From: Bacteroidetes bacterium RIFCSPLOWO2_12_FULL_37_12
GTDB lineage: Bacteria; Bacteroidota; Bacteroidia; 2-12-FULL-37-12
Direction of reading: 5' to 3'
Length of the DNA: 64,000 nt
Assembly: GCA_001769655.1 (NCBI GenBank)
Contig: MEPC01000039.1
Span: 154 to 64,153, forward strand
Shown: piece after piece, positions 1-9,719 of the stretch
Numbering within the stretch: the stretch's first letter is position 1
How the letters are laid out: every line of letters begins with the position of its first letter
Made by a program: the position numbers and the translations under genes
Notes under the pieces: generated by a model
What the model was told of the DNA's origin: nothing
The model's database searches: none
Seen by the model: the letters and a program-made list of their open reading frames with translations, nothing else

Positions 1-698
1 TGGTTATTCTGAACTAAATGTTTAAAAGCATCCAATTTATCCACTGATGGAAACCCAGCATCAAATACAGCTATAATAACTCCTTTTCCATTCAATCCCG
101 CATTTCGGAAAAAAGTTCCGCCTAATCTTGAAGTTTGCGCTTCAAGGAGTTTTTGTTCGCCGGATTTTAAGGTAGATAAATCGTTCATGGCACTTCTAAA
201 AACTGAAATTTTTCCTCTCCCAACCCTCTCCAAGAGAGGGACATAATGGTTGTTTTTAGAAGTGCCATTTAGATATTCTGAAGAATTTTCTTTAGAAAGA
301 AAATGACTCTCACTAATTAAAGATGAACCCTCCATCTTTAAAACAAAAGTTAATTCACCGATGAGTTTGGCATTTGTTTTAGAAGTATAAACAGTTAACA
401 TATTAAACCATCTGCTTTCATTGGTAATGGAATCAGTAAGATTTCTTATTATTTCCTTATAGGAAGTATTAAGCGGGAAATCAGTAGAATCGCTGAGAGG
501 CAACCCTTCTTTTAATCGTCTATTAATAGCATTCAAATGAAAAAAAGTGTATGGATTAAAGTCAACTCCTTTTTTATTTTTCAAATAGACATGATACTTT
601 TCAGATTGAGTATTAAACTGTTTTTCTGATGTAGCGTTTAACCCCGTTTTTAAGAGGAAAGAGCAAATAAAAATTAAAAGAAATTTGGTATTTTTCAT
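1..698 (-). CDS. S8 family (subtilisin-like) serine peptidase, N-terminal part; continues past the window start
   Basis: Absent from the ORF track because it is open at the window edge. Own translation from the ATG (complement of 696-698) gives a signal-peptide-like MKNTKFLLIFICSFLL. The frame stays open to position 1 and ends ...GLNGKGVIIAVFDAGFPSVD, a subtilase Asp-box. Confidence 0.7.
   Translation of the reverse strand, partial: MKNTKFLLIFICSFLLKTGLNATSEKQFNTQSEKYHVYLKNKKGVDFNPYTFFHLNAINRRLKEGLPLSDSTDFPLNTSYKEIIRNLTDSITNESRWFNMLTVYTSKTNAKLIGELTFVLKMEGSSLISESHFLSKENSSEYLNGTSKNNHYVPLLERVGRGKISVFRSAMNDLSTLKSGEQKLLEAQTSRLGGTFFRNAGLNGKGVIIAVFDAGFPSVDKLDAFKHLVQNN
187..268. repeat. Palindromic element embedded in frame in the peptidase CDS
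   Basis: A perfect 17-bp inverted repeat, atggcacttctaaaaac (187-203) and gtttttagaagtgccat (252-268), encloses a second hairpin ccctctc-caa-gagaggg (224-240). Confidence 0.8.
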
Positions 699-744
699 TT
701 CAATTAAAAGTGCAAATATAACTTAATTAGATATATTTCTTCTA

Positions 745-850
745 CAAATCCGACCTCACCCCAGCCCCTCTCCAAAAAAATGGAGAGGGGTTAAAAAGCG
801 CCTGGATTTTTATTCGTCTGTGTGGAAATCAAAATATTAATGGATATTTG
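745..850 (+). repeat. About 105-bp intergenic repeat (copy A) with a cccctctcc/ggagagggg hairpin and a promoter-like 3' end
   Basis: Aligns along its length with 43990-44094. Shared blocks are cgacctcacccc.gcccctct.caaaaaa.ggagagggg and ggaaatcaaaatatt. Confidence 0.75.
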
Positions 851-901
851 TTCCCTATTCACTTATGCCACTATTCCTCTATACCCTCTTACCCTCATCT
901 C

Positions 902-1798
902 ATGCAGAGTCCTATAAAACTCCAGAAAAATAAGAAGACAGCCATAGGTACTTCGTACCTTACAGCTATTATAAGCATCACCTTGGTACTTTTTATTGTG
1001 GGATTATTCAGCATGATGGTTCTTTACGTAAGTAAATTATCGAATCATGTAAAAAGTAATGTAGTCATGTACATATACCTTGACAAAAATATTAAGAAAG
1101 AAATTTGTGACAGCATCGAAAAGATACTTTTGACTAAGCGTTACGTTCCCAATACTGGAAAAGAAATAATCCGTTTCGTATCCAAAGAAAAAGCGGCAGA
1201 AACATTTACCCGTCAAACGGGGGAAGAATTTGCCAAATTTTTGGGCTACAATCCTCTGCGGGATGCTTTTGTAGTTAAAATAAAATACGAATATGCGAAT
1301 GACGACAGCATGAAATTTGTAAAAAAAGAGCTTGCAGGCATTCCTGGTGTTTTTGAAACAGATTTTCAGGAATCCTATATTCAGGTGGTAAACGATAATA
1401 TAACCAAAATAGGAATTATCCTGCTCTTTTTTGTTTGCATACTGTTTATCATAGTGGTGATACTCATCAACAACACTATTAAACTTGCCTTATTTTCACA
1501 ACGATTCTTAATTAAAAGCATGCAATTAGTGGGAGCCAGCGAATTGTTTGTGATTCGTCCATTTATATGGAAAGCATTTATTCAAGGATTAAGCAGTGGG
1601 ATTTTGTCTGTGATTCTGTTATTTTTAACCATTCGGTATATCAGTGAATATTTAGAGGATTTAAAAAGTTTACAAAATATAAACGAGCATTATATTATCT
1701 TTGGGGCGGTAATTATTCTTGGGGTATTAATTGCGGTCATTAGTTCGTACCGTGCAATTAAAAAATATTTAAAAATGAGGTTGGATGATTTATACTAA
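902..1798 (+). CDS. ftsX: Cell-division ABC transporter permease FtsX
   Basis: Four-TM FtsX-like layout with LVGASELFVIRPFIWKAFIQG. The first ATG at 902 is preferred over the TTG at 848, which lies inside the upstream repeat. Confidence 0.85.
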   Translation: MQSPIKLQKNKKTAIGTSYLTAIISITLVLFIVGLFSMMVLYVSKLSNHVKSNVVMYIYLDKNIKKEICDSIEKILLTKRYVPNTGKEIIRFVSKEKAAETFTRQTGEEFAKFLGYNPLRDAFVVKIKYEYANDDSMKFVKKELAGIPGVFETDFQESYIQVVNDNITKIGIILLFFVCILFIIVVILINNTIKLALFSQRFLIKSMQLVGASELFVIRPFIWKAFIQGLSSGILSVILLFLTIRYISEYLEDLKSLQNINEHYIIFGAVIILGVLIAVISSYRAIKKYLKMRLDDLY

Positions 1799-1805
1799 AT
1801 AATTT

Positions 1806-1968
1806 TGTTACTGTTCAGTATCCAAATTTATTAAGCCACTAATTGAACAAGAAAAAAAATTTAGCCACTGATTACACTGATTAAACACGATTTTAAGATT
1901 TTTTATAACATTAATCCGTGTAATCAGTGGCAAAATTTTATTTTTTCATTTTGGACTGAACAGTAACA
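1806..1968. repeat. Nested inverted-repeat element between ftsX and the next gene
   Basis: Outer arms are tgttactgttcagt.tccaaa (1806-1826) and tttggactgaacagtaaca (1950-1968). Inner arms are gccactgattacac (within 1861-1877) and gtgtaatcagtggc (within 1918-1934). Confidence 0.75.
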
Positions 1969-1989
1969 TAATTTTAATATTCAAAAAAA

Positions 1990-2226
1990 ATGGCACAACC
2001 AAACATTCCATCCAAAAGTTTCCTTTTCGGGAAAATAAACTACATTTTACTATTCACCGGCTTGACATTAATTGTCCTGGGATTTATCATCATGGGTTTA
2101 GAAAAAGAAGAATTTGGTTTTGGACTGTTGGGGCTTTACATTGGACCTATACTCACGGTTATTGGATTTATAGTAGAGATATTTGCTATAATGATTAAAC
2201 CAAAAGATGAGGCAGGCAACTCTTGA
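1990..2226 (+). CDS. Small two-TM membrane protein, DUF3098-like
   Basis: 78 aa with two hydrophobic helices. It sits between ftsX and uppP, a gene order I recall as conserved in Bacteroidota. Confidence 0.6.
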   Translation: MAQPNIPSKSFLFGKINYILLFTGLTLIVLGFIIMGLEKEEFGFGLLGLYIGPILTVIGFIVEIFAIMIKPKDEAGNS

Positions 2227-2254
2227 GGTATAGGGCATAGGGGTATAGGGGTAT
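2227..2254. repeat. STR-A octamer tandem repeat (GGTATAGG/GGCATAGG), single arm
   Basis: ggtatagggcataggggtataggggtata lies directly after the stop codon of 1990..2226. Confidence 0.8.
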
Positions 2255-2265
2255 AAAAAAAACAA

Positions 2266-3054
2266 ATGACAAATCTCGAAGCATTAATACTTGGAATCAT
2301 CCAAGGGCTAACTGAATTTATTCCTGTATCCAGCAGTGGTCACATGGAGATTGGAAAATTTTTGCTGGGGGTGAAATCGGAGGAGAATTTACTTTTTCTG
2401 GTGGTGGTGCATTTTGCAACGTTGCTTAGCACCTTGGTAGTTTTTCGCAAAGAAATTATTGAGTTGGTTAGGGGCTTGTTTGAATTCAAGTATAATGATT
2501 CCCTTGATTTTTCGTTAAAAATTATTGTTTCTATAATACCGGTTGGCATCGTTGGTTTTTTATTTGAAGAAACTTTTGAGCAGTTATTTACAGGTAAAAT
2601 GTTGCTGGTTGGTTTTTCATTACTGATAACCGCATTACTTCTGTTTTATGCCGGTAAGATGAAAGAAACCAACGGGGAAATTTCCTTCCTGAAAGCGATC
2701 CTAATTGGAATTGCGCAGACCATTGCGTTACTTCCGGGATTATCCAGATCCGGCGCCACTATCAGCACAGCGCTACTTTTGAAAGTTGACCGGAGCAAGG
2801 CGGCTTATTTTTCTTTTATGATGGTCCTCCCTCCTATTGCCGGAGCCATGCTTTTAAAATCATTGGAATATTTTAAAGACCCTTCACTTCATACAATAAA
2901 TTTTTTACCCTTGCTTATCGGTTTTATAGCTGCTTTTATATTTGGTTATATTGCCTGTAAATGGATGATAGAGTTGATTAAGAAAGGGAAATTGATTTAT
3001 TTTTCTATCTATTGTTTGTTGGTGGGATTATTTTCAATTGCAATAGGGATTTAG
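2266..3054 (+). CDS. uppP: Undecaprenyl-diphosphate phosphatase
   Basis: The N-terminal signature GIIQGLTEFIPVSSSGH and a multi-TM BacA/UppP layout. Confidence 0.92.
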   Translation: MTNLEALILGIIQGLTEFIPVSSSGHMEIGKFLLGVKSEENLLFLVVVHFATLLSTLVVFRKEIIELVRGLFEFKYNDSLDFSLKIIVSIIPVGIVGFLFEETFEQLFTGKMLLVGFSLLITALLLFYAGKMKETNGEISFLKAILIGIAQTIALLPGLSRSGATISTALLLKVDRSKAAYFSFMMVLPPIAGAMLLKSLEYFKDPSLHTINFLPLLIGFIAAFIFGYIACKWMIELIKKGKLIYFSIYCLLVGLFSIAIGI

Positions 3055-3090
3055 AGGTTTTATGTTAATGTGTTTCGATATTAATATGAA

Positions 3091-3134
3091 TGTAATACGG
3101 TTGTAATACAATTGTAATTCCGGTTGTAATACAC
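3091..3134. repeat. STR-C tandem repeat (TGTAATAC-containing units)
   Basis: tgtaatacggttgtaatacaattgtaattccggttgtaatacacc. Same family as 25979-26137. Confidence 0.75.
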
Positions 3135-3164
3135 CACTTATTGCTTGTGGTACTTTCTATTTTT

Positions 3165-4928
3165 TTAATAAGATTGATCTGAAATTGAAAGCGTAAATTT
3201 ATACAAATAATAGTCATGATTTTCATAAACAAAGACAAAGAAACCATCTTCTCCCATGATAATTTTTACAGTACCGTTGGGTAAAAATGAATCTATGGGA
3301 ATAAGCTGTAACTTATTAAAATCTTTTCCAAAAATCTCAAGATATTTTTTACCTCCATTCCCAAAAATAAAGCCATAATATTTCCCATTATTTATTTCAT
3401 TGCTTGAAAAATATTCCCAATTAAAGTGTGTATGCAGTGAATCATAGCCAACAGGAAAAGTGTTTAGCCATTTCTTTTCTTCCGTGTCTTCCGTCCCGCT
3501 TAATGATGTCACTACTTTACCTGAATTCAAATTATAAATTTTGGGTGAAGAATGATAATGAACAAAGGATTCATCAAAAAATTCAAATAAAACACCCGAT
3601 AAAAAAAAATTTCCTTTTTCTAAATAATCATCTACGGAAGGTACAGGTTTCATTCCTGCATAGATTATATTTTTCTTCAGGGCATCGAGTTTCATTACAA
3701 CTACTCCTTTATTTCTAAACTTACTGTATATAGTTTGATTAAACCCAGAAGTATCTTCGAATTCGTTGCAAGTTAAAACAGTATCATCTTTGAACAGAAA
3801 AAATTCAAAAGTAGGATTTACGCCTGGCTGTAGTTTTCTATCAATATCATAAATATAATTGATTTTCTGAATATTCAAATGTGAATCAAGTGTAGCAATG
3901 AAAGCGTAATTATTTGCAATGGGTTCTCCCACTTTTATAACCATAGAATCATTAGTGGAAAATTTTAAAACCTCATTTTTTTCTACTCTTTCCAACACCT
4001 GAATCCCAAAGTAAATATAAATATTATTTTTTTGCACACTGGCAGTATATATAGGTACATCGAACCGGTTATACTCGTTCACCCAACCAGCATGGTCATT
4101 TGCATATTTTATTTTTTTAGGGTCTTTGGAAACATATTCCTTGTATAAATCAATGGCATTCAATTTAGTTTTGTTCATAATAAAATCCAACTTTCCTGTG
4201 TTAACATTAAGTAATCCCACTCTATTGGTGGCATCTGCAATCTGAAGAAGATAGTTTGAGTTTACATAATAGAACATGTTTAACTTTGTGTGCAAGGTGG
4301 TAGTTTGGTCTAACTTTACTTTTTCTTTGAACGTTACTTCCAGAAAATCGCATGGAAATAGTAACTTATCCGGGTCTGAATATTTTAATATTTCTGAAAA
4401 GTACAATCTATTGTTTTTAACATACAACAATTTTGACAGAGGACCTTCTCCACCCATTGCTACATATAAACTGTCGTTAATACGTGTGTTTTTTTTAATT
4501 ATATCGTCAAAAGAAATTTTAAGAACATCACCAAAAAAAAGCGAAATATTTTTTTCTGATATGCCTTCATCATTAAGCACAAAATAAACAGAATTACAGG
4601 GCGAATTTTCCTTGATGCGTTTGTATGCTGTATAAATTACATGAGCATTCGTATTAGTGCCACTTCTTACATTTACAAGAAAAACATAATATGAATCATT
4701 TATATCCGGAAAATAATTGAGCATAATCTTAGTAATCAAAGAGTCGTTCCCAAGCTCTTTATAAATTGATAGTTTTTGAGATAAATGATTTTGCTTTTTT
4801 CTGCTCTTAAAAGATGATTTTCCTATAGAAAGATGGCAAGAAAATATAAAATAAAAAAAACAGAAGCAAAATAATGTTGTTTTACCTATGTTTTTCATAA
4901 CTGTATTACGTTTATGCACTTTGGTCAT
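3165..4928 (-). CDS. Hypothetical secreted or lipid-anchored protein
   Basis: A 587-aa ORF with an N-terminal hydrophobic segment ending FIFSC (lipobox-like). No recognisable catalytic motif. Confidence 0.55.
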   Translation of the reverse strand: MTKVHKRNTVMKNIGKTTLFCFCFFYFIFSCHLSIGKSSFKSRKKQNHLSQKLSIYKELGNDSLITKIMLNYFPDINDSYYVFLVNVRSGTNTNAHVIYTAYKRIKENSPCNSVYFVLNDEGISEKNISLFFGDVLKISFDDIIKKNTRINDSLYVAMGGEGPLSKLLYVKNNRLYFSEILKYSDPDKLLFPCDFLEVTFKEKVKLDQTTTLHTKLNMFYYVNSNYLLQIADATNRVGLLNVNTGKLDFIMNKTKLNAIDLYKEYVSKDPKKIKYANDHAGWVNEYNRFDVPIYTASVQKNNIYIYFGIQVLERVEKNEVLKFSTNDSMVIKVGEPIANNYAFIATLDSHLNIQKINYIYDIDRKLQPGVNPTFEFFLFKDDTVLTCNEFEDTSGFNQTIYSKFRNKGVVVMKLDALKKNIIYAGMKPVPSVDDYLEKGNFFLSGVLFEFFDESFVHYHSSPKIYNLNSGKVVTSLSGTEDTEEKKWLNTFPVGYDSLHTHFNWEYFSSNEINNGKYYGFIFGNGGKKYLEIFGKDFNKLQLIPIDSFLPNGTVKIIMGEDGFFVFVYENHDYYLYKFTLSISDQSY

Positions 4929-5115
4929 TCAAATGTAATTTTAATAATGCGCTCTTTTTTTTCATTTTTGTTTTTATTTTTAGTTACTTCAATATTGAAG
5001 TACCCGCAAAATAAAAAAAAATGACATCTCCAAATTTAATATAATTTTTTTTCATTTTTGACTATTTATTGTATAAATGAAAATCATTATGTAAATTTGT
5101 AAAAAAAATGAAATC

Positions 5116-5535
5116 ATGGGATTGACTTATGCAAAAATACAACTTGAAAACCAATACGATGAGTATAGTTGGTTTGAAGGTAAAATAGCAAAAGATAAAG
5201 TTCGTTCTGTTGTTGTAAATATGCTTATTGATACAGGCGCTATCAGAATGGCAATTAATGAAACCATTTTAGCTCAACTGGGATTAAAAAAGGGTTTTAA
5301 AATGAATGCCGCATTGGCAGATGGTAGTATAAAAACTCTGGAATTAGTTTCGGGAATTAAAGTAAGTTTCGGCGACAGAACATGCTATACAGATGCTTTT
5401 GTATTACCAGGCAATACAGAACCTTTACTGGGCGCTATACCTATTGAAGCAATGGATTTGGTTGTAATTTCATCGGAAAATAAGTTGCAATATAATCCAA
5501 AACACCCGGATGGTGCGTTGTTTTCGTTAAAATGA
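5116..5535 (+). CDS. Retropepsin-like (clan AA) aspartic protease
   Basis: 139 aa with the LIDTGA active-site motif (VVVNMLIDTGAIRMAI) and the size typical of single-lobe bacterial retropepsins. Confidence 0.75.
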   Translation: MGLTYAKIQLENQYDEYSWFEGKIAKDKVRSVVVNMLIDTGAIRMAINETILAQLGLKKGFKMNAALADGSIKTLELVSGIKVSFGDRTCYTDAFVLPGNTEPLLGAIPIEAMDLVVISSENKLQYNPKHPDGALFSLK

Positions 5536-5564
5536 ATTCTTTCCCTATAATTTCAATCTATTAT

Positions 5565-5599
5565 TTTCAATAATCTAAGGTAAAAAAACTCTACCTTTG
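5565..5599 (+). promoter_or_regulatory. Putative Bacteroidota-type promoter of rnpB
   Basis: A perfect TAnnTTTG -7 box (tacctttg, 5592-5599) lies about 12 nt upstream of the predicted RNase P RNA 5' end. The -33 region is weak. Confidence 0.4.
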
Positions 5600-5611
5600 T
5601 CCTACAAAAAT

Positions 5612-6018
5612 ACAAGCCGTTCTATCGCTCCGTAGCAATGCGGGGAGGAAAGTCCGGACAACACAGAGCGCCATACTTCCTAACAGGAAGAATTCCTGAA
5701 TAAGGAATATAGAAAGTGCTACAGAAAATAACCGCCACTTCAATTTTTGTCTTTCCCGTAGACAGCCGGAGTGGTAAGGGTGAAAAAGTGAGGTAAGAGC
5801 TCACAGTTACAGGTGGTGACACCTATAACGAGTAAACCTTATGGGTTGCAAGACCAAATATGCTGACGTTTCCGGGTTACACCGGAAGAAGGACTGCTCG
5901 TCCAAGTTAGCGGGTAGGTTGCTAAAGCCGTGCAGCGATGTGCGGCGCAGATAAATGATAGAAAGCTCACCTGATCTAAAAATCGTTAAGAGCTACAGAA
6001 TCCGGCTTACAGGCTTGT
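5612..6018 (+). ncRNA. rnpB: RNase P RNA, bacterial type A
   Basis: Universally conserved blocks ggaggaaagtccgga (5644-5658) and acagaatccggcttac (5995-6010) are present. A terminal P1 pairing acaagcc/ggcttgt closes the molecule at about 407 nt. Confidence 0.9.
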
Positions 6019-6039
6019 ATTTTTTTTATTTTTAAAAAA

Positions 6040-6080
6040 TTGAAAATAGAAAATAGGAAATAGAAAATAGAAAATAGAAA
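6040..6080 (+). repeat. STR-D heptamer tandem repeat (GAAAATA, about 6 units) abutting the tsaC start codon
   Basis: tgaaaatagaaaataggaaatagaaaatagaaaatagaaa is followed immediately by the ATG at 6081. Confidence 0.85.
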
Positions 6081-6641
6081 ATGTCCCCTCATGTTCTTAA
6101 CGCGCTCACTGCTCTCCGGCAAGGGCAGGTTATCCTCTACCCTACTGAAACCGTTTGGGGAATTGGCTGTGATGCAACTCATGAGAGTGCCATTAAAAAA
6201 ATAATGCGTCTCAAAGGCAGGCAGGATGGTAAACCGTTTATTCTACTGATTGAATCTGTAAATATCCTACCGGAATACCTTGCTAAAATTCCCGATAATG
6301 CAATTAATCTTTTGAATTCATCAGTGCCACAAACTGTCATTTTCCCCGAAGGAAAAAATGTTTCCCCATTAGCTATGGGTTCAGACGGCTCCATCGCTTT
6401 TCGTATTGCAAAAAATTCTTTTTGTATGGAACTTCTTAAGGAGTTTAAGAAACCTATTGTTTCCACATCAGCTAATTTTAGCGGAAAATCAACTCCTAAA
6501 AGTTTCCATGAGATTGACCCGCTACTGATATCAAAGGTTGATTATGTAGTAGAGTGGGAATATGAAAATAGTGATTATCAAAAGCCATCTGGAATTGTGA
6601 AAATTATGGATGATGGGAGCGTTGAGGTGATTAGGGAGTAA
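6081..6641 (+). CDS. tsaC: L-threonylcarbamoyladenylate synthase (YrdC/TsaC family)
   Basis: YrdC-domain motif ILYPTETVWGIGCDA and the single-domain length of 186 aa. Confidence 0.88.
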   Translation: MSPHVLNALTALRQGQVILYPTETVWGIGCDATHESAIKKIMRLKGRQDGKPFILLIESVNILPEYLAKIPDNAINLLNSSVPQTVIFPEGKNVSPLAMGSDGSIAFRIAKNSFCMELLKEFKKPIVSTSANFSGKSTPKSFHEIDPLLISKVDYVVEWEYENSDYQKPSGIVKIMDDGSVEVIRE

Positions 6642-6752
6642 CGGTGTCGTTGTAATAAAAAACATACTAAATCTGAAATTTTTTGATTATTTATATAAAA
6701 AAAAGCATTTTTTGGTATTATTTATTGAATGACCTATACTATTCCTCCCCTC

Positions 6753-9719
6753 TCAATTTCCCACAATTACAAACGCCCCCCAATAATAAGGTGATAAGTT
6801 TTTCATTTTCATGTCTATTTGTACTTTTTTCAATGCAGAAACTTTATCCATTCCTGTAAGCCAGTTTGTATAAAAACCGGACATTAGTTCCTGGGTATGC
6901 TCATCAGAGATTTTCCACAACGACATGAGAACAGCTTTTGCGCCTGCCTGCTGAAATGCACGTTGTAAACCGTAAACCCCTTCTCCGTATTCTACATTTC
7001 CTAATCCCGATTCACAAGCCGAAAGCACCACTAATTCTGTGTTATCCAAGTTCAGATTCATAGCTTCAAACGCAGTCAGAATACCATCCTCTCTTTTGGG
7101 ATAACTATTATTTTCGCTATTCACTATCTCATTTTCTTTGAAAGCACTATCCATCGCCATTAGTAACCCTGATTTTAGAAGTGTGTTTGTTGTAAAATAA
7201 ATACTATCAATTCCAAGATACTTTACCCCCCGGATATTTTTTTCTGTAAGAAAATATCCGTGAGTGGCGATATGCAATATTCCCGGACTTTTTTCCTGTT
7301 TCAACGCACTTTCCACAGCAAAATTTTGTTGGAAAAGTTTTGTTTGCCATTTATTGATTTTTAGTAAGGAATCAATATACAGCAATTCTGATTTTGTTCC
7401 GGGTAACTCAGGTAGTTTTCCAAAATCGGACTCTGCCGTGTGATTTTCATAATTAATATTTCCATAAATGGAAGCAGTACTATTTTCTTTATTATTGACA
7501 ATTTTGTTTTGATTCATAATATCTTTTCCGCTTGTAATCATTCGGATATTTATTTCTTCTAAAAGATAGTTACCTGATGCCGGATTCTGAAGTGTATTTA
7601 AATTCAGTTGATTGTAAACCCCGTCAGCTGAAAAGTAAACCGTTCTTATACCCTGCAATTCTTTTGCAATCTTAGCCCAATAGAACTCAAAACCCTCCGG
7701 GTAGGGTTGGTTATGTTTTATAGAAAGTTTATATCCATTAAAATACTTCCCTTCCAATTCATTCCCATTTTGAAGAGTAATGAATCTTAGATTTTGAGAT
7801 TTTGAATTCTGTTTTTTTAAGGCGGTAAGTATCAATACTCCGTAATTTATAGAATCCGTAAATCCATTTTTCATTAAATATGAAATGCTGTCATTAAAAT
7901 GAATCGTATCTGTAACAGTACCATATTTTCTAAAACGGATTATTTCTACAAATGCTTCCCCTTCCTTTAACTTTTGTTGAATATCGTGCCGGTCAATTTC
8001 ATATTTATCTTCTTTGGAATTAAATAATTCAGATTTTTTTGATAATTCCTTTTCCAGATCGTTTAATTCTTTTTCATGATTGGGGATGCTGATTTTTTGA
8101 TTATCCAGTTCCTCTTTGCTCAAGGTAAATAATTTAGCTAAATATTCGCGTTTATTTTTCCATGTGTTGAATAATTTTATTAAAGACGTGTCACGGCTTT
8201 TAAATATATTTTCTCTTATTTTATTTCCTGAATTAAACATTAATCCTTTCGTTGAAAGACGGTAATTTAAGATTTTCTCAAGAACGCTATCGGCATCGTT
8301 AAGAGAGGAGTTTATAGTGTATTTTGCGATAAATGAATAGTAATGTTCAAAATTATTTTTCAGTGTATTGTAAAATTGTCCTTTTTCTTTTTCACTCATG
8401 GAAGGAAAATAATTTCTTACTTGATATAGATTTTTATCCAATGCCTGTTGAAAAAATGAATTTGCTTCAGTGTACTTTCCCATTTTTTCATAAAGCATTG
8501 CGAGATTGAAGAGAGAATTGGCGTACAGGGGATGTTTCTCCCCTAATTGAGCTTTACGGATAGCCATAGACCTGAAAAAATAATTTTCTGCGAGTGCATA
8601 GCGACCCATTGATTTATATAACTCAGCCAGATTATTCATTGGCGGGGCATTATCCGGATGATCTTCTACGTTCTGTGTAGTTTTCAATTGTATGGATTTT
8701 AAAAACATTTCCTCTGATTTAGAGTAACGAACTACGACATAGTATAAATATGCCAGGTTGTTTAAAACAGATGCATAATTTGGATGATTTTCACCAAGAC
8801 GTATTTTTATTATTTCTGATGATTGTAAATACAATTTCTCTGCTGAAGAATATCGCTGGGTATTCATATAAAATAATCCCAATCCATTAAGCGAGTTAGC
8901 AAAAGAAGGATGATTCTCTCCAAAAAGATTTTTTTTGATATTCATGGCTTGCACATATAATTCTTCTGCTGAACGGAAGCGACCTAATGATTGGTATAAA
9001 CCAGCCAGGTTATTTATTACCATTGCATATTCGGCGCGTTTTTCTCCATCTTGACTTTTATGAAGAGCAATGGATTGTAAAAACAATTCTTCTGCTTCCG
9101 GATAACGCCCTGTTGTTTCATACAACGATGCAAGGTTTTGAAGATAAATAGGATTGGTGGAAAAATGATCGGTGGATAGTGCCTTATTTATTTTGATTGC
9201 CTTTAAATATAATTCTTCAGCCAACTGATAGCGACCCGTTATATAATAGAGTAATCCAAGGTTACTAAGAGCCCTGGCATAATCCGAATGGTTTTCTCCA
9301 ATAACATTTTTTTTTATTGCAATGGATTGTAAATACAGTTCTTCCGCTTCAGGATAACTACCCATATTATAGTAAAGTCCTGAAAGGTTATTAAGTGTCA
9401 CTGAATAACCTACGGATTTTTCACCTGTAACATTTTTTCTAATACTTAATTCATCTTTAATATAGGATATGGCTTTTTCATAGTTCGCCGCACGGAAATA
9501 AGTAAAAAAGAGAACAGATAATGCATTGGCATAATTTGTATCGTTTTTGCCGAATTGGATTTCTGCTTGTTTAAGGGCTTTTTCTCCAAATTGCAACGCT
9601 ACTTGAATATTAAATTTTTTGGAATGGTATTGAGCCGAATCAAGAAGTTGCTTGAAGGTCTGTCCATGAGTAGGGACACAGAACACAGATAATACAATTA
9701 CTAAAAATCGTAAATTCAT
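6753..9719 (-). CDS. Secreted TPR-repeat protein with a C-terminal CHAT (caspase-like) protease domain
   Basis: Signal peptide MNLRFLVIVLSVFCVPTHGQ. At least 9 TPR-like repeats (LxxLxxLYxxxGRYxxAEELY). C-terminal ILHIATHGYF ... VVLSACESGLG gives a His/Cys dyad typical of CHAT. Confidence 0.8.
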   Translation of the reverse strand: MNLRFLVIVLSVFCVPTHGQTFKQLLDSAQYHSKKFNIQVALQFGEKALKQAEIQFGKNDTNYANALSVLFFTYFRAANYEKAISYIKDELSIRKNVTGEKSVGYSVTLNNLSGLYYNMGSYPEAEELYLQSIAIKKNVIGENHSDYARALSNLGLLYYITGRYQLAEELYLKAIKINKALSTDHFSTNPIYLQNLASLYETTGRYPEAEELFLQSIALHKSQDGEKRAEYAMVINNLAGLYQSLGRFRSAEELYVQAMNIKKNLFGENHPSFANSLNGLGLFYMNTQRYSSAEKLYLQSSEIIKIRLGENHPNYASVLNNLAYLYYVVVRYSKSEEMFLKSIQLKTTQNVEDHPDNAPPMNNLAELYKSMGRYALAENYFFRSMAIRKAQLGEKHPLYANSLFNLAMLYEKMGKYTEANSFFQQALDKNLYQVRNYFPSMSEKEKGQFYNTLKNNFEHYYSFIAKYTINSSLNDADSVLEKILNYRLSTKGLMFNSGNKIRENIFKSRDTSLIKLFNTWKNKREYLAKLFTLSKEELDNQKISIPNHEKELNDLEKELSKKSELFNSKEDKYEIDRHDIQQKLKEGEAFVEIIRFRKYGTVTDTIHFNDSISYLMKNGFTDSINYGVLILTALKKQNSKSQNLRFITLQNGNELEGKYFNGYKLSIKHNQPYPEGFEFYWAKIAKELQGIRTVYFSADGVYNQLNLNTLQNPASGNYLLEEINIRMITSGKDIMNQNKIVNNKENSTASIYGNINYENHTAESDFGKLPELPGTKSELLYIDSLLKINKWQTKLFQQNFAVESALKQEKSPGILHIATHGYFLTEKNIRGVKYLGIDSIYFTTNTLLKSGLLMAMDSAFKENEIVNSENNSYPKREDGILTAFEAMNLNLDNTELVVLSACESGLGNVEYGEGVYGLQRAFQQAGAKAVLMSLWKISDEHTQELMSGFYTNWLTGMDKVSALKKVQIDMKMKNLSPYYWGAFVIVGN

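Noticed and set aside
848-901. TTG start at 848 for FtsX, and the similar N-terminal extensions of the track ORFs at 13717, 29750, 57871 and 59159
   Set aside because: The extensions run through upstream repeats, promoter boxes or the preceding gene. The internal ATG codons give normal protein lengths.
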